Part shown: positions 28,835-38,635 of the stretch, one piece after another
How positions within the stretch are numbered: the first letter of the stretch is position 1
Layout of the letters: each line of letters opens with the position of its first letter
The notes under the pieces: generated by a model
Seen by the model: the letters and a program-made list of their open reading frames with translations, nothing else
The model's database searches: none
Told to the model about the DNA's origin: nothing
Assembly: GCA_043821645.1 (NCBI GenBank)
Contig: JBDRCO010000046.1
Span: forward strand, 32,001 to 96,000
DNA: 64,000 nt
Source of the DNA: Pseudomonadota bacterium
GTDB lineage: Bacteria > Myxococcota > JACRCW01 > JAFGSX01
Direction of reading: 5' to 3'
Position numbers and translations under genes: made by a program

Positions 28835-28858
28835 CGGTGCTCGCTTGGGGCTGTGGGT

Positions 28859-29920
28859 CTAGCAGGCGCCATGGTTGGACAGAAATGGAGCCTCGCTGCG
28901 TTCGGTGAGGTTCAGGGTGCTGCCGCTGCCGCTGACGGACAGGTCCACGACATTGAAGAACTGGTCGCAGGCGGTGATCTCGCGGGTGTAGGTGCCGCGC
29001 AGGGTGGCGCCCTGGAATACCTTGACCTCGAAGGTGATGGGAAGGGGATCCGAATGCAGCGAATAGACATGGACACCGACCACGTAGCTCCCGCTCTCGG
29101 GCTGGTCCATGTTGATGTTCTCGGGGCCAAGGCCGTCGGTATCGTCGATGTCCATCAGAGGGTTGTTGACGGGTCCCGTCGGAGGCCAGTCCGGGGACGT
29201 CGTTTTGCAGTTCGCGTAGTAGCAGTCGTCGGTGTTGGAGAAGGCCACCCCGGTGGAGCGGTACAGGTGCAGATCGACGTCGGCGTGTGGCCCCGACCAC
29301 ACCAGTTGCACATGCAAGGCCTGAGCGGCCGCGGCATCGTAGCTGATGGTGCTGTCTGGCAGCCCCGAAGCATCCCGGCCGGCCCTATCCTGTCCCGTCG
29401 CCGCATCGGTGCCAGGAGTGGCGTCGTAGAAACCGCCGTCGAGGGGCGCCGAGGGATCGACCAGGCCGAACACGGAGAAGTGCAGCACCTGGCCGCTGAC
29501 CTTGAGCCCGTCGAGGTCGTGCATCGGGTTGCCAAGCAGTTGCCAGCGCGGGCCCTGCGCGGTGCCGACGAAGAGGCGCGTCAAGTCCGCCACGTCGCGC
29601 ACCATGCGCTCGGTGTAGCGGTAGGTGACCTTGACAGGTTCGAGAAAGGTGTAACCCTCGGGTTGCACCAGGTAGGCATCGGACACGTGGCCCTCGGGCG
29701 CGCCCAGGATCTCGTCGATGGTGACCTGGATGCGCTCGCCTTCGGGGATGGCGCCGGCGGGGATGCTCAGGGTGAGATTGCCGCCCTCGATGGTGCGTCC
29801 CGTGTGATCCACCACGGCGGTGGCCTTGCGCGGACTCTCGGCCGGTGGCTGTTCCGGCGGGACCGTCAAGCAGGCCGAACCCAGCACCAGCAGCACCAGC
29901 CCCCATGCATTCCTGACCAT
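28859..29920 (-). CDS. Lipoprotein: ZU5-like domain + YfaP/DUF2135-like domain (paralog 1)
   Basis: Lipobox LGSAC; GGNLTLSIPAGA..VQPEG..F..PV..HFSVFGL; LVWSGPHADVDLHL, DDTDGLGPENI, YVVGVH. Confidence 0.75.
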   Translation of the reverse strand: MVRNAWGLVLLVLGSACLTVPPEQPPAESPRKATAVVDHTGRTIEGGNLTLSIPAGAIPEGERIQVTIDEILGAPEGHVSDAYLVQPEGYTFLEPVKVTYRYTERMVRDVADLTRLFVGTAQGPRWQLLGNPMHDLDGLKVSGQVLHFSVFGLVDPSAPLDGGFYDATPGTDAATGQDRAGRDASGLPDSTISYDAAAAQALHVQLVWSGPHADVDLHLYRSTGVAFSNTDDCYYANCKTTSPDWPPTGPVNNPLMDIDDTDGLGPENINMDQPESGSYVVGVHVYSLHSDPLPITFEVKVFQGATLRGTYTREITACDQFFNVVDLSVSGSGSTLNLTERSEAPFLSNHGAC

Positions 29921-30041
29921 GATCTCATGCCTCTCATTCACGGCAATCACCCTCGCTCCTGGAACCCGGGTACCACCCCAGCATGTGCGATCTCCGTACC
30001 GTCTCTTGTACCCGACCGGACCCAGGGCGGCAACTCGCGCG

Positions 30042-31151
30042 CTAGAAGCAGGCACTCTTGCCGGGCAGAATCGGCGCGTCGCTGCGCGGCGAGGTGATGA
30101 CCTGGGCGCCATTGCTCAGCACCTGGAGGTCGAGCACAGTGAAGAACTGATCGCAGGTGTCGGCGTGCCCCGTGATGCGCCGCACTTCCCTGCCGTCGAC
30201 GAGCACGGCCACCGTGAAGGTCGCGGTCGTGGTCAGGTTCTTGCGGTCGTACAGGTGTACGCCCACGCTGTAACTGCCGCTGATCGCCTGGGGCAGCAAC
30301 GTGATCTCCGGTCCGAAGCCGTCGAGGTCGTCGATGTCCAGGATCGGGTTGTTGTCCGGTCCGGTGGGGGCCCAGTCCAGGTTCGCCCGGGTCGCGTAGT
30401 AGCAATCGTCGGTGGTCGAGAAGGCCGCCGTGCCGGCGTGGAACAGGTGCAGGTCGAGGTCGAAGCCATTGTCCCAGGTGAGGATGATCTGGACCGCGGC
30501 CCCGGGCAGGTCCGCGTCCGGTCCAACGCTGCTGTCGGGGGTGGGACCTGCGTCCGCAGGCGTGCCCGTATCGGGCGTGGTGCTGCCATCGGGGGAGGTT
30601 CCGGCGTCCTGCGCCGCGCTGCCGTCGGGAGAGGTGGAGGCATCCGGAGCTGGGTGGCCGGCGTCCAGCCCTGTCACCGGAGCCAGCGGGTCCACCAGGC
30701 CAAACACGCCGAAGGAGAACAGCTGCGCCGTGACGCGGCGGGCGTCGAGGTCGTGCTCCTGGTCGGCCACGGGCTCCCAGCTGTCAAAGCGAGCCTCGCC
30801 CAGGAAGAGCTTGGTGGCGTCGCTGGCGGCATCGCGGATGCGTGTGGTGTAGCGGTAGCTGATCGAGATCGGCTGGTTGAAGTGATAGTCCTGCGGCTCC
30901 ACCAGGTAGGCGTCATCGACATTGCCCGCGGGCGTGCCCCGGATCTCGTCGATGGTGACCCGGAGCCTGTCTCCCTCGGACACCGCGCCGGCCGGGATCA
31001 CCAGGGTCAGGTTACCGCCGCGGATGGTGCGGCCAGCGCTGTCGACCACCGCGGTGGCCTTGTGCGGATTGTCCGGCGCGGGCATCTCGGGCGGCACCTC
31101 GACGCAGGCGGTGAGTGCAAGAACCACGGCGAAAGCTGATGTGCGGGTCAT
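30042..31151 (-). CDS. Lipoprotein: ZU5-like domain + YfaP/DUF2135-like domain (paralog 2)
   Basis: Lipobox ALTAC; same architecture: LTWDNGFDLDLHL, DDLDGFGPEI, YSVGVH. Confidence 0.75.
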   Translation of the reverse strand: MTRTSAFAVVLALTACVEVPPEMPAPDNPHKATAVVDSAGRTIRGGNLTLVIPAGAVSEGDRLRVTIDEIRGTPAGNVDDAYLVEPQDYHFNQPISISYRYTTRIRDAASDATKLFLGEARFDSWEPVADQEHDLDARRVTAQLFSFGVFGLVDPLAPVTGLDAGHPAPDASTSPDGSAAQDAGTSPDGSTTPDTGTPADAGPTPDSSVGPDADLPGAAVQIILTWDNGFDLDLHLFHAGTAAFSTTDDCYYATRANLDWAPTGPDNNPILDIDDLDGFGPEITLLPQAISGSYSVGVHLYDRKNLTTTATFTVAVLVDGREVRRITGHADTCDQFFTVLDLQVLSNGAQVITSPRSDAPILPGKSACF

Positions 31152-31269
31152 GTGTTCTCTCCCCATTCGCGACTGGCTATCGAGTGCCTTCGTTCTTTGG
31201 ATGCCGCCACGGTGCAAAGGTCGCACGCTGTGCGCGCGATCACCCAACGGCGTCACAAAACAAGGCAGA

Positions 31270-32499
31270 TCAGGGCTTTAAAGAGATCTCGGGGATCGCG
31301 ATCAGGTGTCCATCGCGCACCATGCCGGCCTGTCCGGGCGGCCAGTCCGTGGGCACGTGGCTGAGCCCGTTGCCGGGCGGTGGCAGGATGCGGCAGCCGC
31401 TGGGAATGGCGCGGCCAGGATGGATGGTGACGTCGGGACCGACGAACACATCGTGGCCGAAGCAGGGGCCGAGCATATGCCCGGGCAGGGGCACGACCTG
31501 GTCTCCGTCGACGACGCGCACCGGCGCGCCCACCCGCAGGTCGAGGGGGCGCACGAAGGAGGTGAGTGCAGCGCGGCGCCCGGCCAGCGCGAACTGCATG
31601 CCGTTCACGCACATGTCTGCGTCGGGATAGCCGGCGCACATGATGAGCACGCTGTTGCGCGACACGAAGCTACCCGGCGACAGGCTGGTGAACTGGATGT
31701 CGGCGCGGTCCTCGATCACCGTGCCCGAACCCACCAGGGCGCCGCGGAGCAAGGCGAAGGGGCCCACCTCGACGTCGTCACCGAGCACCGAGTACTCGAC
31801 CCGCGCGGTGGGGTGGATGCGGCAGCGGCGACCGGTGTAGGTCAGGCGCTCGAGCAGCCGCGCCCGCGAGCCGAACGAGGTGAGCAGGCGCCACAGGGTC
31901 CCCAAGGGGTGGTCGGTGATGTGCTCGACCAGGCGCACCTGGGGCATGAGGTTGTTGGCCCACAGGATGTGCACCCAGTGGCGGATGCGCATGGCCACGG
32001 TCGTGGTCACCGGGTGCAGGTATTGCTCGAAGCCCACGATGTTGCGGGGCGCCCGGACCGGATGCCGGATTTCCTTGAACGGCGGCGACACCGCAGCGGC
32101 CTCGCGCAGCCCCGGGTCGACGGCTCCGCGGGGCAGGTACCACAGGTCAAACAGCCAGCGCCCGTCGTCATCGCGAGGGAGATCCTGCAACAGATGGTAG
32201 CGCTGCATCAGCAAGCTGTCGGGGAGTGCCAGCCGTGCGGCGCCGCGGTGGCGACGGGCCTGGCGCAGAAAACCGCGCAGCGTGCGACGGGTGACGAACA
32301 GATCGTCGTGCCACACCAGACAGGGCCGGGCGGCGTCGGGGATCGCGGCCAGGTCCGGCACCCGCTGCGGCTCCAGGCGCAGCCGCCGGCACACCTCGTC
32401 GTGGTGGGCGGTCAGGCTCTGGCCACCGATCACGGCCTCGCGTGCGGGCTCGTCAAAGGGCGCGATGCGATGTTCGCGGGCAACCAAGAAGACCTTCAC
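31270..32499 (-). CDS. GlmU-like protein with left-handed beta-helix hexapeptide repeats
   Basis: IHPTARVEYSVLGDDVEVGPFALLRGALVGSGTVIED; degenerate NTP-transferase-like N-terminus. Confidence 0.65.
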   Translation of the reverse strand: MKVFLVAREHRIAPFDEPAREAVIGGQSLTAHHDEVCRRLRLEPQRVPDLAAIPDAARPCLVWHDDLFVTRRTLRGFLRQARRHRGAARLALPDSLLMQRYHLLQDLPRDDDGRWLFDLWYLPRGAVDPGLREAAAVSPPFKEIRHPVRAPRNIVGFEQYLHPVTTTVAMRIRHWVHILWANNLMPQVRLVEHITDHPLGTLWRLLTSFGSRARLLERLTYTGRRCRIHPTARVEYSVLGDDVEVGPFALLRGALVGSGTVIEDRADIQFTSLSPGSFVSRNSVLIMCAGYPDADMCVNGMQFALAGRRAALTSFVRPLDLRVGAPVRVVDGDQVVPLPGHMLGPCFGHDVFVGPDVTIHPGRAIPSGCRILPPPGNGLSHVPTDWPPGQAGMVRDGHLIAIPEISLKP

Positions 32500-32635
32500 G
32501 CGAGCTCCAGGCGCCCCGGGGCGCGACAGGCGCCAGTGTACGGGCTGGTCCTCGGGGGAGCAACGGCGACCGGCACCCGCCCACGACGCATCGATCAGTT
32601 CGCATCCACAGCGCCAGGGATCGTCGGGACGGAGC

Positions 32636-33178
32636 TCAGGAACCGGGTGTGCCGAGCCAGGGCTGGAGATCGCGCTGCAGCAGCTCCAGGTCGACGGTGC
32701 TGGAGTACGTGCGCGCGATGGTGCCGTCGGGTGCCACGATGAAGGTCGTCGGAAAGCTGTTCACGCGGTAGGCCTGCTGTACCTCGTGGAAAGGCAGCAC
32801 CACGGCATAGGTCAGGCCGAAGCGCTTGACCATGTCGGACACCTGGGCGGGGGTACCGGACTCCACGGCGAGGCCATAAAAATCGACGCGGTCGCCCAGC
32901 AGGCGATGGGCCTTCTCCAGCTCCGGCAGCTCGGCCAGGCAGGGTGGGCACCAGGTCGCCCAGAAGTTGACCACGGCGGGACGACCCTTGAAACCCGACA
33001 GCGCCACGCGCTGTCCGTCGAGGCCCTGTCCGACCACCGGAGGCGCCGGCGTCCCCTTGGTCAGACCGCTGCCACTGTTCAGGATGGCCAGCACGAACAG
33101 GGCGATGATGCCCGCGAGTCCGACGCCACGAAGCACCGCGCGCAGGTGACCCATCCATTTCGAGCTGCCTTGTGCCAT
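32636..33178 (-). CDS. TlpA/ResA-family thiol-disulfide oxidoreductase
   Basis: N-terminal TM, VVNFWATWCPPCLAELP, FPTTFIV; start approximate. Confidence 0.88.
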   Translation of the reverse strand: MAQGSSKWMGHLRAVLRGVGLAGIIALFVLAILNSGSGLTKGTPAPPVVGQGLDGQRVALSGFKGRPAVVNFWATWCPPCLAELPELEKAHRLLGDRVDFYGLAVESGTPAQVSDMVKRFGLTYAVVLPFHEVQQAYRVNSFPTTFIVAPDGTIARTYSSTVDLELLQRDLQPWLGTPGS

Positions 33179-33330
33179 CTGTCCACCATAGCAACGGGCG
33201 CGGACGCCTGCCACGCTGCCCGTCAGAGCCAGGCGCAGCGTGCAGGGATTCAGACCTCGCCACGTCTGGACAAGCGGGGCACTTTGGGTGATACCACGGC
33301 TGGCGCGGACACGGCGCTTTGGCAAGGCGC

Positions 33331-33939
33331 ATGGACCTCTTCGAACTCCACACACCCACCGCCCTCGACGGCGCGCTGGTGATCGGCGCCTACCTGCTGG
33401 GGGCGATTCCCTTCGGGCTGTTGCTGGCGCGCGTGCTCGCTGGTGCCGACGTCCGCGCAGCGGGATCTGGCAACATCGGGGCCACCAACGTGGCGCGCGT
33501 GGCGGGCAAGAAGCTCGGCGCCGTGACCCTGCTGCTCGACGCCATCAAGGGCCTGACACCGGTGTGGGTGGCGCGCGGGCTCGGGGTGCAGGACGGATGG
33601 CTGGGCCTGGTCGCCCTGGCTGCGGTGCTGGGGCACTGCTACCCGGTCTACCTGCGCTTTCAAGGAGGCAAGGGCGTGGCCACGGGGCTGGGTGTGTTCA
33701 TCGCCCTCAGCCCGCTGGCAGGTGGCATCGGCGCCCTGAGTTACCTGGGCATGTTCGCCGCGACCCGCACCTCGTCTCTGGGGTCCTTCGCGCTGCTCGG
33801 TGGCACCCTGATCACCTCGGCGCTGCTGGCCCCGCCCTGGTGGCCGCTGTTCTCCGTGATCGCCATCGCCGCGGTGATCCTGCTCCGACATCGAGACAAC
33901 ATCCGGCGCCTGCTGGGTGGGAAAGAACACAGTTTTTGA
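33331..33939 (+). CDS. plsY: Glycerol-3-phosphate acyltransferase PlsY
   Basis: YLLGAIPFG, GSGNIGATNVAR, LLDAIKG, GHCYPVYLRFQGGKGVAT, RHRDNIRRL. Confidence 0.95.
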   Translation: MDLFELHTPTALDGALVIGAYLLGAIPFGLLLARVLAGADVRAAGSGNIGATNVARVAGKKLGAVTLLLDAIKGLTPVWVARGLGVQDGWLGLVALAAVLGHCYPVYLRFQGGKGVATGLGVFIALSPLAGGIGALSYLGMFAATRTSSLGSFALLGGTLITSALLAPPWWPLFSVIAIAAVILLRHRDNIRRLLGGKEHSF

Positions 33940-33961
33940 CGCGGCAGGACCTGGCTCAAAA

Positions 33962-33990
33962 TTGATCCCCGACGAAGCAACACATATACT
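33962..33990 (+). promoter_or_regulatory. Sigma70-type promoter upstream of FHA-TPR gene
   Basis: TTGATC-17 nt-TATACT in an AT-rich intergenic patch. Confidence 0.6.
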
Positions 33991-34114
33991 TTGATCGAGG
34001 GCTGACCTCGTCGCGCGGCCGGTGTACGTGCACAGGCTGTGCGTCGGGGTGTGTTTGCCCGGTCATCGCGCCCTGCGCGGTCCCGACGGCAGCTGCTCCC
34101 GGGTGCGATGGAAC

Positions 34115-35863
34115 ATGGCCAAGCGCAAGCGCCCAAAACCTGTCCGATCCAGCCGCAGCGAGGTCAGCTCGGGGGGCAATGGACGGAGTGCGCGCGGCGC
34201 GCGGCTGTCGGATCCGGTGTGGTCCGACGGTGAGCCAGACCCGGAACAGGACGACAGCCTCGACATCGCACCGCTGGTGCCGGGTGGACGCTCGGCCCGT
34301 TCCCCGGCGGCCCCGTCCGGGGTGTGGGCCAAGCCCGGGGACGACGTGCGCCCGCGCATGCATTCCGCGGCACCGGCAGCGGCCCCTGCACCCTCGCGTC
34401 GCTCCTCGCGCGCCATCCAGGAACAGGCTCCGCCCGACGCTGTCGGGGTGTTGAGCTGCGTGGCGGGACCCGAGGAGGGCAACGACCTGATGCTGACCGA
34501 GGGCGTGTTCGGCATCGGTCGTGGCCGGGACAACCACTTCGTGCTCAAGGACATCGCGGCCAGCCGCCAGCACATCGAGCTGCGCGTGCACCAGGGCGAG
34601 GTGCTGTTGCTGGACCTCGGCTCGGGCAATGGCACCAGGCTCAATGGCCGGCGCATCCAGAAGGCGGCCCTGCGCTCGGGCGATCGCATCGAGATCGGCA
34701 ACTCGGCACTGACCTTCACGGCCTTCGGCGGTCCCCGCCACAACACCGGCGAGATCTCGGTGGTGCCACCGCGCCCGGCACCGCGGCCCTCGGACCTGTG
34801 GCCGGAGACCGAGACCCTGCTGGCCGAGCTCGAGGCCTACGAGAGGCATGCGCGACGAGGCGGTCCTGCGCCGTCGCGACCCTCTGCGGCGCCCGCGCTG
34901 CAGCGCCAGCGCGTCCCGGCCGAAGCACCGCCGTCGCGAGCGCCGGCCCGCATGCCTCCCGTCGACCAGGCGGCCCAGGGCAAGAGCCTGACCGAGATTC
35001 GAGAGGCGATCGGCGCACCCGGGCGCTTTGGTTCGGTGGGCTGGCTGCTGGGTGGTGCGGTGATCATCCTGGTGCTGCTCGGCATCGCCGGTGCCGTGGT
35101 CTACGTGACCCAGCTCAAGAACAACCGGGCCGAGCAGGCGCGCGCCCTGGTGGTGGGCGGACACCAGGCCCTGGCCGTGGCCAAGTTCGACGAGGCACGA
35201 GCGCAGTTCGAGCAGGCGATCGCCCTCGATGCCACCAACGACGAGGCCAAGAAGGGTCTCGAGATCTTGCAGCGTACGCGGCAGAGCAATGCGGCCTTCG
35301 AGCGTGCCCTGCAGCTCCTCGAAGGCAAGGACTACGACGGGGCCCGCCATGCCCTCGAGGGCGTGCTGGCGGACACGCCTCGCTTCCGCGACGTCGAGGA
35401 TGCCCGGTCCCGCATCGACAAGGCCGAGGCCAGCGAGCTGGTGGCGCAGGCGCGAACCCTGTTCAAGGGTGGCCAGCTCGCTGACGCCGAGAAGATCCTG
35501 CAAAAAGCGCTCAACATGGTCCCGGAGCACAGCGCGGGCCAGGCCCTGGCCAAGGACATCGACAAGGCGAAGAGCACACCGCTGACGCCGGTGCAGGAGA
35601 CGCCTGCAGAGAACACCCCACCCAAGGTCGAGCCCGAGCGCAAGAAGCCGCCACCGGTTCGCAAGCCGCGTCGACGACCGCGCGCCAGCTCCGCACGGAT
35701 GAGTGATAGCGAGGCCAAGGGGCTGTACCGCGACGCCCTCGAGGCCTACAAGAATGACGACCGGGATCGTGCGCGGACGCTGCTCAAGCGCATCATCAAC
35801 GGCACGTCGTCGAGCTCGCTGTACCATGAGAAGGCGCGCTCGTTCATGATCCGCAAGCTGTGA
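34115..35863 (+). CDS. FHA domain - transmembrane - TPR protein
   Basis: FHA: IGRGRDN..SRQH..DLGSGNGTRLNG; TM LLGGAVIILVLLGIAGAVVYV; TPR-like helices. Confidence 0.85.
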   Translation: MAKRKRPKPVRSSRSEVSSGGNGRSARGARLSDPVWSDGEPDPEQDDSLDIAPLVPGGRSARSPAAPSGVWAKPGDDVRPRMHSAAPAAAPAPSRRSSRAIQEQAPPDAVGVLSCVAGPEEGNDLMLTEGVFGIGRGRDNHFVLKDIAASRQHIELRVHQGEVLLLDLGSGNGTRLNGRRIQKAALRSGDRIEIGNSALTFTAFGGPRHNTGEISVVPPRPAPRPSDLWPETETLLAELEAYERHARRGGPAPSRPSAAPALQRQRVPAEAPPSRAPARMPPVDQAAQGKSLTEIREAIGAPGRFGSVGWLLGGAVIILVLLGIAGAVVYVTQLKNNRAEQARALVVGGHQALAVAKFDEARAQFEQAIALDATNDEAKKGLEILQRTRQSNAAFERALQLLEGKDYDGARHALEGVLADTPRFRDVEDARSRIDKAEASELVAQARTLFKGGQLADAEKILQKALNMVPEHSAGQALAKDIDKAKSTPLTPVQETPAENTPPKVEPERKKPPPVRKPRRRPRASSARMSDSEAKGLYRDALEAYKNDDRDRARTLLKRIINGTSSSSLYHEKARSFMIRKL

Positions 35864-36273
35864 GTCCCAGCTCCACACCGCGTCGCAAGACGCGTTCAAA
35901 CAAGCGTCCGCGGCCCGCGGCCTGGCTCGCGCAGGCGGAGCTTGCACCCGGGAGCGCCGAGACCCGACGCGTCGAGCTGGTGGCGCTGGGTGCGCCGCGC
36001 GACCGCGACGACCTCGAGGCCCTGGTCCGCATCCTGGTCGGTCACCTCGCCTCGCCCGTGGACGATGTGCGTCCGGAGCAGGTTCCCTTCGACACCCGCT
36101 GTGGCTTTGTAGGGGACCGCTCGGGCATCTGGTCCTGGGCAGAACCCCTGGGCGATCGCAGACCGCGCTTCGTGGTGGTGGGCGACACGCTGCACGCGCT
36201 GTCCGTGGTGGACATCCTGGGCCAGGATCCCCAGGCTTGGCCGCGCCGCGAGATCGAGGCGCACCGGTCATGA
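35860..36273 (+). CDS. Hypothetical protein
   Basis: Overlaps both neighbours by 4 nt (GTGA/ATGA coupling). Confidence 0.55.
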   Translation: MSPSSTPRRKTRSNKRPRPAAWLAQAELAPGSAETRRVELVALGAPRDRDDLEALVRILVGHLASPVDDVRPEQVPFDTRCGFVGDRSGIWSWAEPLGDRRPRFVVVGDTLHALSVVDILGQDPQAWPRREIEAHRS

Positions 36274-37661
36274 CTGGCGCCCACCCCAGGGACCGGTCCC
36301 CGGGCAGAGGTGCAGGTCGCCTGCACGGGCTCCTCGTCCTCGTGGTGATGGCCGCCCCGGCGTGCCGGCCGCCCCTGTCCGCCACACCCTGTGACGCCGA
36401 CACGCCCTGTCCCGCACACTACCGCTGCGAGCCGCGGTGGCAGCTGTGTGTCCCCACCACGACGGCGCCACCGACGCCACCACCACCTTCCGACTGCGGG
36501 TACATGCGTGCCATGTGGGACGACTTCACGCAGTCCGGTCCGGTCCGGCCCTGGGGGCTGACCTGTCCGTGGGGGGACGACGGTGCGCGGGTGGAGCAGG
36601 AGGTGCTGCTGTTCGATGCTCAAAGTGGCAACAACCGCGCCTATCCAACCTGTGTGTCGACCTTCGCCGCATCCCTGCGCAGCGACGCGCTGAGCATCGA
36701 GTTCATGGCCGTGCCCGCCCTGCCGGACACCGCGGTCTATTTCGGATTGCAGGACCGATCCCCGCAGCACGATCTATGGATAGAGATGGCGCTGCAGGGC
36801 GGCAATCTGCGCGCCATGGCGAGCGCGGAGCTTGGCCCCCTGCCGGCGTCAGCGGTGACTTTCGACCCCGTGGCGCATCGCCTGTGGCGCTGGCGTGAAG
36901 AAAGCGGCGTGCTGGTTGCCGAGACCTCTCCCGGCGGCGACCCGTGGACCGAGCTGGTGCGACTGCCCGCACCCGACCTCGTCGACCACGCTCATCTTCA
37001 CCTCGGCCTGTCCCCTGCCGAGGGCCAGTCCGACGGGATCATCGTCGACAACCTGAACACGGATCGCACAGCCGGGTCGTGGTGTCCGGCCTCGAGCGTG
37101 CACGACGACTTCGAGGCCTCCGAGCTGGATCCGCGCTGGCGCCTGTACCCCGAAGACCTCGCGAGCTGCCAGGGCGGCATCGTCGATGGCCAGGCCGTGC
37201 TCACGCTGCGTCCTGGCAGCGGGCCGCAGTGCGACCTGTACCGCGTCGAGGGGTATCGAATTCGCGACAGCGAGGTGCTGGTGGAGTTCCCCGAAAGACC
37301 CCCGATCAACCATCGGCTGGGGATCGAGCTGTGGGGCACCCAGGGCTACTTCGTGACCTGGGCCCTGGGCCGGGATTCGGTGGTCGCCGAGGTGGCCCAG
37401 CAATTTGGCGCCGCGATCTTCGGGCCCATCGAGACCCCCGACATCGACACGCGCTGGTTGCGCTTGCGGCAGCAGGGTGAGCAGTTGCTGTTCGAGCGGC
37501 GCAGCGCGGCCGGTGCCAGCTGGACCACCCAGCACAGCGTCCCGGTGTCACCCGCCGTCCCGCTGGACCCGCTCAGCGTGGCGCTGCAGATCACCCGCGT
37601 CACCGGCAGCACGCCAGCCTCGGGCGTGACCCTGCGCGCAGACAACCTCAACCTGCCCTGA
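36270..37661 (+). CDS. Lipoprotein with Cys-rich motif and two internal beta-sandwich-like repeats
   Basis: MAAPAC lipobox, CDADTPCPAHYRC..C, repeats WDDF../HDDF.. each ending WRWRE/LRLRQ..WT..DNLN. Confidence 0.65.
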   Translation: MTGAHPRDRSPGRGAGRLHGLLVLVVMAAPACRPPLSATPCDADTPCPAHYRCEPRWQLCVPTTTAPPTPPPPSDCGYMRAMWDDFTQSGPVRPWGLTCPWGDDGARVEQEVLLFDAQSGNNRAYPTCVSTFAASLRSDALSIEFMAVPALPDTAVYFGLQDRSPQHDLWIEMALQGGNLRAMASAELGPLPASAVTFDPVAHRLWRWREESGVLVAETSPGGDPWTELVRLPAPDLVDHAHLHLGLSPAEGQSDGIIVDNLNTDRTAGSWCPASSVHDDFEASELDPRWRLYPEDLASCQGGIVDGQAVLTLRPGSGPQCDLYRVEGYRIRDSEVLVEFPERPPINHRLGIELWGTQGYFVTWALGRDSVVAEVAQQFGAAIFGPIETPDIDTRWLRLRQQGEQLLFERRSAAGASWTTQHSVPVSPAVPLDPLSVALQITRVTGSTPASGVTLRADNLNLP

Positions 37662-37733
37662 GCAGGGGTGGTGGCCGGATTCGCCGGTCGCGCTCTCGCG
37701 AGGGTGGCTTTGCCCACGCGTTGCGTGCCGTCA

Positions 37734-37771
37734 AAAAATGAAAAAGCCCCCGTTTCCGAGGGCTTTCTCAT
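37734..37771 (-). terminator. Intrinsic terminator downstream of tRNA-Ala (possibly bidirectional)
   Basis: Minus strand ATGAGAAAGCCCTCGGAAACGGGGGCTTTTTCATTTTT: hairpin followed by U-tract. Confidence 0.8.
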
Positions 37772-37797
37772 CTAGCTGGTGTCGCTAGCCTTTGTCG

Positions 37798-37873
37798 TGG
37801 TGGAGCTGAACAGGATCGAACTGTCGGCCCCCTGAATGCCATTCAGGTGCTCTCCCAGCTGAGCTACAGCCCC
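37798..37873 (-). tRNA. tRNA-Ala(GGC)
   Basis: GGGGCTGTAGCTCAGCTGGGAGAGCACCTGAATGGCATTCAGGGGGCCGACAGTTCGATCCTGTTCAGCTCCACCA; cloverleaf, G3-U70, encoded CCA. Confidence 0.97.
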
Positions 37874-37891
37874 ACAACCCTCCTCATCACC

Positions 37892-38488
37892 TCAGGTCTC
37901 ATCGTCCTCGGGGCCGCTCTCGGCGCCGGCCTCGTCCTTCTTGGTGCGCCGTCTTCGCCGTCGCCGTCGACGGGGGGCGGCGGCACCCTCGGGATCCTCT
38001 ATATCGCCGGTCGCGGCCACGGCGTCAACAGCGGAAGCACCGTCTTTGCCAGCGCCGTCCGCGGTCTCCATCTCACCCTCGGCCGCAGCGGCGGCGCGTG
38101 CCACGGGCTGACCGTCGGCATCCAGAGCCTGCGTCTGCTGCGTGGGCTCGTCATCGTGGCCGGTCTCCGGGGATCCGAGCTTGGCCAGGCGCGAGATCTC
38201 GGCCTCCTCGGTTTCGATCTGACCCAGGACCTCGTGCACGCGCTCGACCAGGCGCTGGCCCTCGGGGTTGAGCACCAGGGTGCTGGCCTGCACCTGCTCG
38301 AACACCGACTCTCCCAGGTCCTGCAGCAGCCGATCGCGCTGGCGGCGCAGAAAGGCCGTGTCGAGCTTCTTGCGCCCGACGTGCGAGTTGCGCAGGATGA
38401 CGTCCTTGATCTCGTCGAACTGGTCGACCGTGGTCTTCCACAGTTCGTTGAGGTGCTCGCGCAGATCCCGGTTGCCAACCATCGCCAT
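37892..38488 (-). CDS. Hypothetical coiled-coil protein with acidic/poly-Arg tail
   Basis: Helical N-terminal half; low-complexity tail PRRRRRRRRTKK. Confidence 0.7.
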   Translation of the reverse strand: MAMVGNRDLREHLNELWKTTVDQFDEIKDVILRNSHVGRKKLDTAFLRRQRDRLLQDLGESVFEQVQASTLVLNPEGQRLVERVHEVLGQIETEEAEISRLAKLGSPETGHDDEPTQQTQALDADGQPVARAAAAAEGEMETADGAGKDGASAVDAVAATGDIEDPEGAAAPRRRRRRRRRTKKDEAGAESGPEDDET

Positions 38489-38635
38489 GCCTCGTCTGAG
38501 AGGATGGCGGGAGTAGCAGACGGTCTGCGGGGCGTCAACGGTTTTGGCGCGTCCTTGACAGGGCGACCGACCCCGGATAGGTCCGTCGACATCCGTCGGA
38601 GCGAGTCGACACCCGCAGGTCTGAAGGAGACCCCC

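Noticed and set aside
37798-37873. tRNA-anchored genomic island
   Set aside because: No integrase and no duplicated tRNA 3' end noticed in the window
38509-38583. Divergent sigma70 promoters (TTGACA-17-TAGGTC on plus; TTGACG-17-TACTCC on minus)
   Set aside because: Good -35 elements but weak -10 elements; not supportable without TSS data
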